Below are positions 1 to 10,450 of a stretch of DNA of 64,000 nt, piece after piece. Position numbers and translations under genes: made by a program. The notes below the pieces were generated by a model. It made no database searches, had not been told where the DNA came from, and saw only the letters and a list, made by a program, of their open reading frames with translations. Within the stretch, counting starts at the first letter, position 1, and each line of letters opens with the position of its first letter. The stretch covers positions 122,326,001 through 122,390,000 of the forward strand of contig NC_042999.1 of assembly GCF_006345805.1 (NCBI RefSeq), given 5' to 3'. The DNA is from Octopus sinensis. Its lineage: Eukaryota.

Positions 1-1624
1 ATAAAATGATGAATAAACACATCATGCTGATCACATCATTCAAAATATGGGAATATAATGGAAAGTGAGCTGCTTGTAAATAATTTCTCATTGATACAAC
101 ACCTTATCAGTGTGTATCATTGCTTTTCTGCATGTATTATGTATAATTTCACTCATGAAATAAATATGTCAACATATGAATATATGTGTTTATGTGTGTA
201 TGTGTGTGCATTTAGTTATATTAACAGTTTGTGTCAGAGAAAAGCATACCCTGTTGTTCATATATATTGAATTGGTTTTATATATGAATATTTATCTAAC
301 TCAATGTAAATGTACAGATATTAACTGACAATCACCAATACTAAAACAGCTTTACAGTACACTAGAATATATGATTACAGTATCTGTGAAAGTTGCAGCT
401 GATATTGAAAATTATATAGGCTGTTGGAATGTAATAGTAGATGTTGAAATAGCATCAAGACCTATAAAATCTTTATTTGGATGTCTTCTAATCTAGTTCA
501 CATTTCTGCAGTCCACCCAGCTCAAAATAAATGTCAATTGTAGCTTGAGTTAACCTTGTATTCAGTAAGGAAGAGCTTGTATTACCAGTTTCTTAAACAC
601 CTCAGAAATTAACATAAACTCTGTCCTAATAAATCTGTTGGCTTGAAACAAAATACCACCAAATAAGTAATCATGGATATTCTTCCACAATAAACCCAGC
701 AAGCTCATTATTGAAATCATCAGTCTCAGTAGACTGAGCAAGATCAACTTGATATCATATTAAATAAGCCTCCACCAGTACAGATTAAGATATGGGTTTT
801 AGGGGCTACTGCTCAGTGACCTATGTAGTAGGAGAGCTTCTACATATTAAGTGAAACAATACTGAGAGCCTCTCAGTGCATGTAGCTCAGGGTCTTAGAA
901 AGTCTTAATCTTGTCCTATCCACCACCGACTACTCTTACTTGAATTGGATCCATTCTTGCCATAATGAAAGTCAATAAAGAAAAAAGGAGAGAAAAAGGC
1001 ATTTTCACCACTTTGCATTTTTGGCTTTGAAAATCTGGCAATATCTTCTCTAAATTATTTTACCATACATTAAAATTGTTACAAATGCTTTATATTGATT
1101 TTATTTTGAAGAATATTTTGACAGGGTTTGTTAGCTCGAGCTTCCTTTTATACAGGATTAATCTTAAAATTGTTCTAATGTATTTTTCTATTATTAATTA
1201 AGAAAGATGAACCAATTATAAATTCAGATTATGTTCAGTATGGTGAATCACTTAAATGAAAGAAAGCCTCTTGTCAGATGTGTATTTAAATCCATAAAAA
1301 TAAATATATCCTTTGCCCTGCCTCACATCCTTGCAAGAATATCATGTGTAATTTATAGCTACAATTCTTAAAGTTTTACAGCATTGAAGCAAAGTTAAAA
1401 GATATTTCCTGCTTGAAATTTTCTAATGTTACTTCATTTTCAAACAGAGATATTATCTTATTTTGTTTGTATACACATTTTCGTGTTTCAGTATGGAATA
1501 TTTAGATATAAAATTTTCTCATTCTATTTATTAATTCATTTTCTGCTTAATATGAAATACATTTCTAATATTGTCAAAAAGGACTGAAGGTGATTTAGCA
1601 TCACTAAGACCTTTGTCAACCAGC

Positions 1625-2262
1625 TATCTATTTAAAGCTATATATGGTTATGGTACATCCTCACTTCTAGTATGGATCCTACCCCAACTCCATCTTGTCC
1701 ACAATATCGATCTGCTGGATGTTGTCCACAGGCATGCAACTAGATGAATGCCATCTCTTGAATGCATTGCTTCTCTGGGCATCAGCACACAAATTTCAAC
1801 ATCTTGTAGCTGGTTTGGGAAAAGCTCATGATCATTATCCATGATCATTCCAGCAACAAATTTGGCCATTTTTGGAATTCAATGCCTCTATTACTCATGG
1901 ACATAATTTTATAATCAAATAACAGCACAGTATCCATGACTTCCAGAAACATTTCTTTCATGCTCAGAATTGTCAAAACATGGAATATACTAGCCACATC
2001 TTGTTAGCTGTCAGAACACTGCATCCTTCAACATTTCCTTGCTTTTGGAAATTCGCTAACACTGTACCTGAGGTGCCTATGCACCATTTCCTCTCTACGA
2101 CTCTTTTAATGTTACTTTTTTATGTGTTTTCCTGTGCTTTATTCTGCATGTACTTCTGTCTTTCAATGCTGTCTTTTTAAACTAATTTTTGGCAAGTTGT
2201 AGTGCACTTGAGCACTGTATACAATATGCTCATCATCATTATTATTATTATTATTATTATAA
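1625..2262 (+). mobile_element. Decayed 3' end of a CR1/L2-group LINE (ORF2 C-terminus, 3' UTR, (ATT)n tail)
   Basis: Broken frames read HL..VW.P.LVHNIDLLDVVHRHATR.MPSL and GHNF...RIVKTWN...TASF, matching the post-RT region of CR1/L2 ORF2. Ends in (CAT)/(ATT)n at about 2240-2262. Confidence 0.65.
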
Positions 2263-2289
2263 CTGATTTGACTCAGGTTCATTCTTATT

Positions 2290-2890
2290 CCTGGTAGAAT
2301 TAATGTGGGTAGCAGGTTATAACCTATAACCTTAGGTATCCAAATCTTTCAATAGTCTTTCAAATGCTTACCACCTTCCTGATAACCTTTTGCTTACAGT
2401 TCTCAATGCACCAATTATTATAGGCACAACCTTTGCAATTTTCATATTCCAAATTCTTGCAATTTCATATTTTAAGAGACTGTATTTTTTTGGTTTTTGT
2501 CTTCTTTCTTTACAATCCTGGAATCAAATGGACATGATAGATAAATTAGGCAACTTGTCAAGTATTGTTATGTCTGTTCTATTGTTTTCTAGCTTCTTGT
2601 CTGTTTGAATAGGAAAGTCCCACAGAATCTTACAATTCTCCAACTCCTGCCCTCTTTTGACCTGATGTTCATACCACACAGCTCCAGCTTCAAATCCCCA
2701 ATTTCTGGCAAAGCTTCCAGTGTAAAACTTTTGCTACTTGGTCATGCCTTCATTTCTGATATTCTTCCTGTCCCAACTTTTGACATTCTGCAACAAGGTG
2801 TGCCACTGTCTCATTCCAAGTTCCATAGATTCTACATTTTCCTGATACATTTTTCCCTCAAGCTGTTTGTTTCTATTGCTTGATCTTGCA
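2290..2890 (-). mobile_element. R4/Dong-type (RLE endonuclease) non-LTR retrotransposon 3' fragment, decayed
   Basis: Minus strand gives QDQAIETN..GKCRI...ETVAHLVAECQKL..EY..RHDQVAKVLHWKLC, ENCKILWDFPIQTDKKLENNRTDITI and KYEIARIWNMK..VVPIIIGAL: zinc knuckle, RHD motif and restriction-like endonuclease region. Contains stops and frameshifts. Flanked by (ATT)n on both sides. Confidence 0.8.
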
Positions 2891-2897
2891 CTACTAC

Positions 2898-2951
<54 letters not shown>

Positions 2952-2970
2952 TATTATTATTATAATTATT
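2898..2970. repeat. (ATT)n microsatellite
   Basis: Direct reading. Confidence 0.95.
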
Positions 2971-3268
2971 TGTTCAAATGCTGTCAAAGTGATGAGCTGA
3001 CAAAATCCTTAAGACACCAAAAAAATGCTTAGCATCATTTCATCTGTCTTCACACTATGAGTTCAAATTCTGCCGAGGTCAAATCTGCCTTTCATTCTTT
3101 CAGGGTTGATAAAATAACTACCAGTTATTTTATCAAATATTGATAAAATAACTACCACTATGGCATATGCCCACAGGCATATGGCGTAGTGTTTAAGAGT
3201 GCGGGTTACTAACCCCAAGATTCCGAGAGCGATACCAAGCAGTAACCTGAACACTAAAAAACAACAAC

Positions 3269-3305
<37 letters not shown>

Positions 3306-3353
3306 TCGAAAAAATACCTTAAGAAAGAGAACCCAAGTTCGAAATTTCCCCAA

Positions 3354-3396
3354 GACACCTGAAGAAGGCTGGAGCGTATATCAGCCGAAACGTGTT
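3354..3396 (+). ncRNA. Minimal type I hammerhead ribozyme motif (Penelope-like), degenerate at helix III
   Basis: GACAC-CTGAAGA-A-GGCTG-gagcgtatat-CAGCC-GAAAC-GTGTT. Core and 5-bp helix II are intact. It is 3 nt shorter at helix III/cleavage site than the 11707-11752 copy (GAAACATTGTGTT). Confidence 0.7.
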
Positions 3397-3442
3397 AACA
3401 ACAAACAAGATGAGGACAAATATCCGTCAAATGTAAATAATA

Positions 3443-4734
3443 CGAGGGGCGTTCAATAAGTAATGCCTCTGACCCACTTGCAATTGTTTGATCTAGCTGA
3501 AATTTTGCATGTGCAATTATTTATATCTCTATAGATTAAGTGGCAAATTACAGCTCTGAACTACTTGTGGTTTCCGATTTACAGGTGTTTGAACTGAGTC
3601 AAGTGTGAAATGGAGCAGGTTGAGTGTCAAGCAGTGATCCGGTTTTTGTATTTGAAAGGACGCACACCACGGGAGACTTTTGATGAAATGAAAGTAACTT
3701 ATGGTGATGATGCCCCATCATATGACCTTGTAAAACGCTGGCATCGTGAATTCAAACATGGTCGGAACTCTGTGGAAACAGCTCCCAGATCTGGTCGCCC
3801 CCTTCTGCCATTGATGAGGCATCTGTCTGTCAAGTTGAGGCTGCCATTTTGGAAGATCGACGCATGACTATTCGCCAAATAGCCCATGAGGTCAAGATTA
3901 GTACCGGGTCTGTGGAAACTATCATTCATGACCATTTGCATATGCAAAAGGTGTCTGCCAGATGGATTCCCAGGTTGCTCACACCTTTCCAGAAGCAAGA
4001 ACGCGTCGATTGCTCGAGGATGAATTTGGAGATGTGCCAAGAAGATGAGTCAAAGTTTTTCAAAAGACTGATTGCATAGGGTAAAACCTGGGTCCATCAC
4101 TATGATCCAGAGACCAAAGCCCAGTCAATGCAGTGGAAGCACCGTGACTCACCTCCTCCAAAGAAGGCAAGGGTGCAGCCCTCCGCTGACAAGGTCATGC
4201 TTACAGTCTTCTGGGACCAGGACGGAGTAGTGAAGACAAATTTCCTGGCAAAGGGTGCCACAATTACAGGAGTCTATTATGCTTCACTTTTGAGGAAATT
4301 AAGAGAAGCTATCAAAATCAAGAGGCGGGGCAAACTCAGCAAAGGCATCCTCCTCCTGCAGGACAACGCTCCGATCCACAACTCGCGTGTCGCCAGATCA
4401 GAAGTACAGGCGTGCGGCTATGAACTCATCCCCCATCCCCCCTACTCTCCTGACCTTGCACCCTCTGATTTTCACCTCTTCCCAGCCATGAAGTTGTTTT
4501 TGAAAGGAAAGCGTTTCCCAGATGATGCAGCCTTGATTTCTGAAGTCACATCGTGGTTGGAGGACCAAGCTGGGGTCTTCTACAAAAACGGTCTTCAGAG
4601 CTGCATCAAACGATGGAAGAAATGCATAACTCAGGGTGGTTCCTATGTAGAAAAAGACTAATAACTGTTCCAAGTTTTGTTGCTCTACTGCTATGGGAAG
4701 TGGGTCAGGGGCATTATTTATTGAACGCCCCTCA
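3443..4734 (+). mobile_element. Full-length mariner DNA transposon (1292 bp, irritans/Bytmar1-like)
   Basis: 37-bp TIRs (3443-3479 and 4698-4734; 34/37 identical by eye), TA target duplication (3441-3442 and 4735-4736), internal transposase. Confidence 0.97.
3610..4661 (+). pseudogene. Mariner DD34D transposase pseudogene
   Basis: HTH N-terminus ending RSGRP, then WIPRLL, DNAPIH and YSPDLAPSDF with 34 residues between the 2nd and 3rd Asp. Disabled by a 1-bp deletion at about 3800 and a TAG at 4077-4079. The first catalytic D(E)TW motif reads GKTW. Confidence 0.95.
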
Positions 4735-6628
4735 TATGTACAGAATTCCTCATCTCTTAAATAAATATAGAACTACCAGTTGAGTACTGGAGTCAATGAA
4801 ATCAACTATCTCCCACCCATAGAATAACCAGAAGAGAAGTGATGTTATTCTTATTTAAGTAAAAAATACTTACCAATTCCTTTACTTTTAAGATATGTGT
4901 TCTTTCCATAACTTCATTGAGTTACTTAAATTTTATAAACTTTATTCTTTATTTTCTTCTTTATGATTAATAAGAATTTGACTTAAAATTTAATGTAATT
5001 AATATAAAATATAACTGACTTACTTTAAGTGATTGATATATAAAGTAACTGTTGTATATACTTAATGAGATTTTTATTTCAGTAACTTAAGGGAAATTTC
5101 GTTTAATGTTTTATTAATAATTAATTTTTTTTTACAAATTTCCTTTAGTTAGAAATTAGCTGCCACATTATGTTCTCTAAATATTATTAATATTCAATTT
5201 CAATTTTATATCTGTTTTCAGTTTATATCATATATCTATAGATTAAATTAAAAAAGAAAACAATTTGTAACCATCTATATTGATGATGAAGTCAGCAACT
5301 ATAGGGTATTTATTGTCTTCTAAGCAATAATAGATTAAATAAAAAAAACTGGAAAAATTTTATGACATTGCATGACAATTTATTATTAAGAAGTACCATT
5401 ATAATGTATAATTGGTTTTCTAGCCAAACACAAAGTAAATGTTATTTTATGGTAAGTTTAATCAACTGATTGCATTATTTTAATCAAGCTTTCAATTTGA
5501 TTTTTGGACACTTCAGACTTCTACATATTTTATCTGTAAATCTGTCTGTATGTTTAAATTTTATCATTATAGACTTATATCTATATCTGAATATTATAGA
5601 CTTATCATATTTGAATGGCAAAATCAGAAATATTAGTGCTAACAAGCCAAGTTAATTTGTGTTCTTAAAAAGAAAAGGACTCTGGATTTCAAGTAATTTA
5701 GCAATCTCTTTTCAAACTCTGAATCACAAACCACTGATTATATCAACAGTTCCTGTCAGATGCATACTTTTCTTACAATAAAGGATATAGAAATTCAATA
5801 AGTAATCTGAGAGCTATAAAGATATTTGATGATATCACTAATTTCAATGAAAATTAACCACACATTTTGTTTAGATAGCATGAAATGTTCCCAACTGAAA
5901 GCATCTTCCACTATTGATGTTTCAATTTGCCATCTCTTCAGGATATTTCATGTTACCATAATAGAGCTAGCATATATCTTGAAAAGTGTGACCATTTGTA
6001 CATACAATGTTTAAAGTGGCTGATAATGAAAATGCATTATTAATTCTTGAACATATCAAATATATAAACCAATGCAGCATATTATCTTGACGTTAGCTAT
6101 GATGACAAGTGAGACTGTGAACATATTGAATCCTATTTCTCTTGTTTATACCACCTAACCTCCCTCTGTATATGTTAACAGTGCATGCACATGTACATGT
6201 AAATCTATGTTGACTGGAGTAAAAATGTGGTGAATGAACTGTTGTATGACTTTGAAATTGTGTATGAACTTTTAGACCATATTTTAAATCCAAGAGAGAC
6301 TAAACTACAAGTTAGTTTCATAAAAGCTTGGAACCACAGACTCATACTGAAGAACAGATCCTCAATTATTCTTTGAATGGAATTAAATGCTCCACATTCA
6401 TGCAATGGTGTAAGTTTGGAACATCTGGTGCTCTAATGTTATTGTTTAAGGAAGTTTTGAATAAACACACCATATATCTTTTATGTTTTTTGTATCATTT
6501 TTTTCTTTTTTCGAAAATTTCTGAGAAATTAATGTTTTAAACACCAGAAATTACAATTCTGCAACTAAAAAGTGTTTCAAACTTTCAGTTGTTTATTATT
6601 TGTCTTTGTCTCACTTCATTTTAAAGTA

Positions 6629-6952
6629 TAGGGTGGTCTAAAAGTCTTGTTGCAATATAATAATATCAAACACATCTACTGGTTTTAGTATATTCACTTT
6701 CATTGACATTGACACTGTCACACTTCAAGAAGGTTGTATGAACACCATCATTTTTGTGACACAGAATGATGTGGTGCCATGTCCTGTGTGATATTTTACA
6801 AAGCTGTGCTTTGGTGATTGTTGCAAAGGCTGCCAAAACAGCGTCCTTCAAAAGTTGGGTATGCTGGGATCACTCTTGTGAAACTCTTGCCTTGTTAATA
6901 GAAAATTAAAAACAATATTTACAAGTAGTGTCAAGACTTTCAAACTACCCTG
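6629..6952 (-). mobile_element. Non-autonomous Tc1/mariner-superfamily deletion derivative (MITE, about 324 bp)
   Basis: Imperfect TIRs (T/C)AGGGTGGTCTAAAAGTCTTG and CAAGACTTTCAAACTACCCTG, flanked by TA on both sides. Minus strand retains LKDAVLAAFATITKAQLCKISHRTWHHIILCHKNDGVHT, resembling a Tc1/mariner transposase C-terminus. Confidence 0.75.
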
Positions 6953-7049
6953 TACATTCTTGGCAGTAACTTTTTTTTGTTTTAATATTTTTCTAGAAAT
7001 ATATGCTTTAAACATAGGCGATTGTTATTCTATGCAAAAAATAGCACTA

Positions 7050-7205
7050 GAGTTGGGGTTAGTATTTATGATTAGGATCAGATATGGTATTAGGTTTTAG
7101 ATTTTAGGGATAAGATAAGGGTTAGTGTTTTGAGTTAGAGTCTGAGGCAATGTTCAGGTTTAGTGTTAGCACTTAGGATTATGGTTTCGGGTTAAAGTAA
7201 AGATT
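7050..7205 (+). repeat. Highly degenerate TTAGGG-like hexamer tract
   Basis: Runs such as GGGGTTAG, TTAGGA, TTAGGG, AGGGTTAG and CGGGTTA. Confidence 0.45.
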
Positions 7206-7574
7206 ATGTTGAAACAGATATTGGGGAGATTGAAAAGATTTGAATTTGTGAACAATATTTTGCCGTTACCAGAACTGAAATTGCATTTGTTTAAAACTTG
7301 GATAATCTGACAAGAAGAAATTTTGTTATAACAAAAAAAATCTACAAAGTGTTCTTAGTCTGAAATTTCAACATGTTATTTTTACTAAAAGATTTACTGT
7401 TTGCTAAATGAATTGCTTTGTGATGTTACTGTTGATTCCCTGAGTCTTTCACAATTTTGGCATCATCAGATATTTCATCTAGTTTTATATAAATTAAAAC
7501 TGTTTTATATCTTAAATATTTACAATAAATTACATGCGTGTATATATATGTATACATATATATGTGTACACATG

Positions 7575-7729
7575 TGTGGCTGTGTGGTTGCTTCCCAACC
7601 ACCATATTGTTCCAGGTTCAATCCTACTGCACGGCACCTTGGGCAAGTGTCTTCTACTATAGATATGGGCTGACCAAAGCCTTATGAATAGATTTTGCAG
7701 ATGGAAACTGAAAGAAACCTATTGTGTGT

Positions 7730-7770
<41 letters not shown>

Positions 7771-7808
7771 ATATATATATATATACATATGCATACATAC
7801 ATGTGTGC

Positions 7809-7860
<52 letters not shown>

Positions 7861-8085
7861 CACATATGCATATATGTGTGTGTTTCTGTATTTGTCCTCC
7901 ACCATCGCTTGGCAACCAGTGTTGGTGTGTTTGCATCCCTGTAACTTAGTGGCTCAGCAAAATATACCAATAGGCTTAAAAATAATAAGTCCTGGGGTTG
8001 ATTTCTTTAACTAAATCCTTTTAAGGTGGTGCTCCAATATGGCCACAGTTAAATGACAGAACAAGTAAAAGAATAAATATAGAAT
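7575..8085 (+). mobile_element. SINE family A (tRNA-like head, GGCACCTTGGGCAAGTGTCTT domain, internal (CA)n/(TA)n)
   Basis: Shares head, central domain and 3' body with minus-strand copies at 44073-44453, 44462-44847 and 52225-52650, and with a partial copy at 54870-55095. Confidence 0.85.
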
Positions 8086-8112
8086 AAATAAAAGAATATA
8101 TATGTATGTATG

Positions 8113-8185
<73 letters not shown>

Positions 8186-9142
8186 TTATACATGTGCGTG
8201 TGTATGTGAATACAATGGCATACATATTCATTATTAATGTGTTCAAGCAGATATGAAATATGAATATGCAAATTGCTGTTGTATTTCAGCTTTGGAGAAC
8301 ACCTCCTTTTGGCTGATGTGTGGACAACATCCTCAATTCATTGACATAAAGGTACTTTGAGACACTGATGTTTTGACCTGGTTGTTCTCTTCTGTCAAAG
8401 CTATCAATAAATCTAAACATGAAAGGTGGCACATTTTTTTCCATAGAATCAACCAACAAATTATTTACTACTGAATGCTGATGTTTGTCAAAATGATAAT
8501 AAATTGTTGTGTGCGAGTTAATACAATGGATAAAGAGAGAGAGACAGATGGTGAAAAGTGGGCCTGAAAATGAATGTCATGAATAATGAACAAGGGTTCT
8601 GGCATAGTTGATTGTAAATATCTGTTCAGCATGGGTAAGGGGAAAAAGTAGGAATACCTCAAGAAGGAGGAGATGGTAAGTGACAGTAAGCATTTCTTAA
8701 AGACATATACTGCCAATATGAACGCCACAGTTTAACAGGCTTTCATTGATATATTTCCTTTAAGTTTGATATACAGATTGCTACTTTGAACTACTACTAC
8801 TGCTGTTGCTAATAAATTTTACTCAGACTGCTGGATATCAGTGATTTTTAAAATATTTTTTAACTGTATCCATAGTAGCTGATTTTTTTCCCCTTGTATG
8901 TGGTGTCAGGGAATACTGGCCACTGACAAAACTCAAAGAAGCAGAAATACATAATTAGGTATGCCACTACAGCTGTGTTTTTTTAGCTCTATACATCTAA
9001 AAGAGATCCTCTCTAGAGACAAATACTGTACTTTAATAGGCTTTCCACAGTATATCTGCCTTAGGTGTGATGTGCAGATTGTTATATTGAACTAATACTG
9101 CTTCCATTGCTAATAATGAATGTATGTATGTATGTATGTATG

Positions 9143-9189
<47 letters not shown>

Positions 9190-10086
9190 GTGTGTTATAT
9201 ATATAAAATAATATATACATACACCCAAAAATTTATGTCAATTTATATGTATTTGTACACCATGCATATACATTTTCAGTTTTTCTCTTTCTCTATGGAA
9301 ATTCATTTTATCATAATGTAAAGTAATATAAATAAATAATCATGCCTCATACGAAATTTTCTTATTTCCATTTATTTAATTGCATATACTTTTTTTCTGA
9401 TAAATACATCAGTAACTGCACAATATTTTGTTGAATGTTCAACTCTTAAGGTATATCTAAAAATATTTTTTTTAGATTATTTTAATACATTTGTAACACT
9501 GGATGTTTGTATACCCATATATTATTTATATTCAAGTCTGTAATCTATTAAATTTGTTAAATTCAATCAAAATAAAATGAATTTATTAAAAAGGAGTATT
9601 TTTTCAATGAGAGTTTAATAGCATATGCATTTCTGTGTAAAATAATATTAAATAGCTCTGAAACTCTTTAAGAGACTAAAGAATTTTCTCTTTGAGTTTC
9701 TTTCTATGTTATCAGCAACAAAAGTGATTTCAAACTGCTAGTTCAATTGTTAGATAAGGTAGGCTTCTGACATCCAAAACTCTTTTTATTCTTGACATAT
9801 TTATTGAGCTTATTTTTTTTGGTATTTATTTCTGGCCAGTCAAGCTGCAACAGACTTAACAGAATAAAGTTTGTTAATAGAACACCTAAGAACATTTTAT
9901 GTGTCATCTTGTTTGCATATTCCATATTTCAATTTGACTTAAAAACTTAGAGCACTCTTATTTATTTAATAACTTACTTTGCTGGATGCAGTGTACTGGT
10001 CACTCTAGGATGCTTTTAATTTGCTAATTTTATCACAGGATGGCTTTGGTTGAGAATATAACATTTGAACACTTTTTTTTTACAGT

Positions 10087-10216
10087 TCTATATTTAAGAG
10101 CTGAAGAATTATGTACATTATTTACACTTGATGGATATTTGTCCTCATCTTGTTTGTTGTTAACACAACAGATGTCTTGAGGAAATTTCGAACCACTACG
10201 CCATATGCCCACATCC
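10087..10216 (-). mobile_element. Internally deleted SINE family C copy
   Basis: Minus strand: GGATGTGGGCATATGGCGTAGTGG joined directly to TTCGAAATTTCCTCAAGACATC, then TGTTGTGTTAACAACAAACAAGATGAGG. Most of the tRNA head and the ribozyme core are deleted. Confidence 0.8.
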
Positions 10217-10239
10217 TCTTCATCATCATCCTACTCATC

Positions 10240-10450
10240 ATCATCATCATCATCATAATCATCATGTATTATCATTCAATGCCTGACTTCTATGCTGGCA
10301 TGTGTTGGACAGCTTAACATGATCCAACTTAGTCTGAAGACTGTATGATGCTACAGTGTCTACTCTGGTATGGTTTCTGTGGTCAGGTTCCTTTCTTAAT
10401 GTCAGGTACCTTATAGAGTATTTTTTGTGGGGCATTGTTACTAATGATGA
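10240..10450 (-). mobile_element. 5'-truncated RTE-type LINE 3' UTR with (GAT)n tail
   Basis: (CAT)n followed by CTATGCTGGCATGTGTTGGAC; a diverged relative of the copies at 15120 and 22950. Confidence 0.55.

Larger units (their letters stand above)
3172..4772 (+). mobile_element. SINE-like family C: tRNA-like head + (AAC/AAT)n + hammerhead-containing 3' part, interrupted by the mariner at 3443-4734
   Basis: Box A-like TGGCGTAGTG at 3182, anticodon-like arm GGG-TTACTAA-CCC, degenerate box B GAGAGCGATACC. The 3' body matches copies at 10087-10216 and 11445-11806. The tail AATTCCTCATCTCTTAAAT continues after the mariner. Confidence 0.75.
2975..4820 (+). mobile_element. SINE family B copy split by nested insertions (left part about 2975-3157, right part about 4771-4820)
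   Basis: GAGTTCAAATTCTGCCGAGGTC...GCCTTTCATTCTTTCAGGGTTGATAAAATAACTACCA resumes as AACTACCAGTTGAGTACTGGAGTCAAT at 4771. The same family recurs at about 31360, 34220, 36330, 43560, 57860 and 60650. Confidence 0.7.

Noticed and set aside
370-790. Protein-like short frames (VSVKVAADIENYIGCWNV...; minus ORF 562-747)
   Set aside because: No recognisable motif, in-frame stops, and no consistent splice-site pair.
6203-6376. Stop-free plus frame IYVDWSKNVVNELLYDFEIVYELLDHILNPRETKLQ...
   Set aside because: Preceded directly by an in-frame TAA with no usable acceptor or ATG; no family recognised.
7050-7205. Interstitial telomere
   Set aside because: Too degenerate. TTAGGG-like hexamer tracts also occur inside non-autonomous transposons, so it is kept only as a low-confidence repeat.
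8290-9758. Candidate plus-strand exons 8290-8351 (LENTSFWLMCGQHPQFIDIK) and 9716-9758 (NKSDFKLLVQLLDK)
   Set aside because: Splice signals are plausible, but the phases are incompatible as consecutive exons and there is no homology evidence. Such matches are expected by chance in AT-rich DNA.
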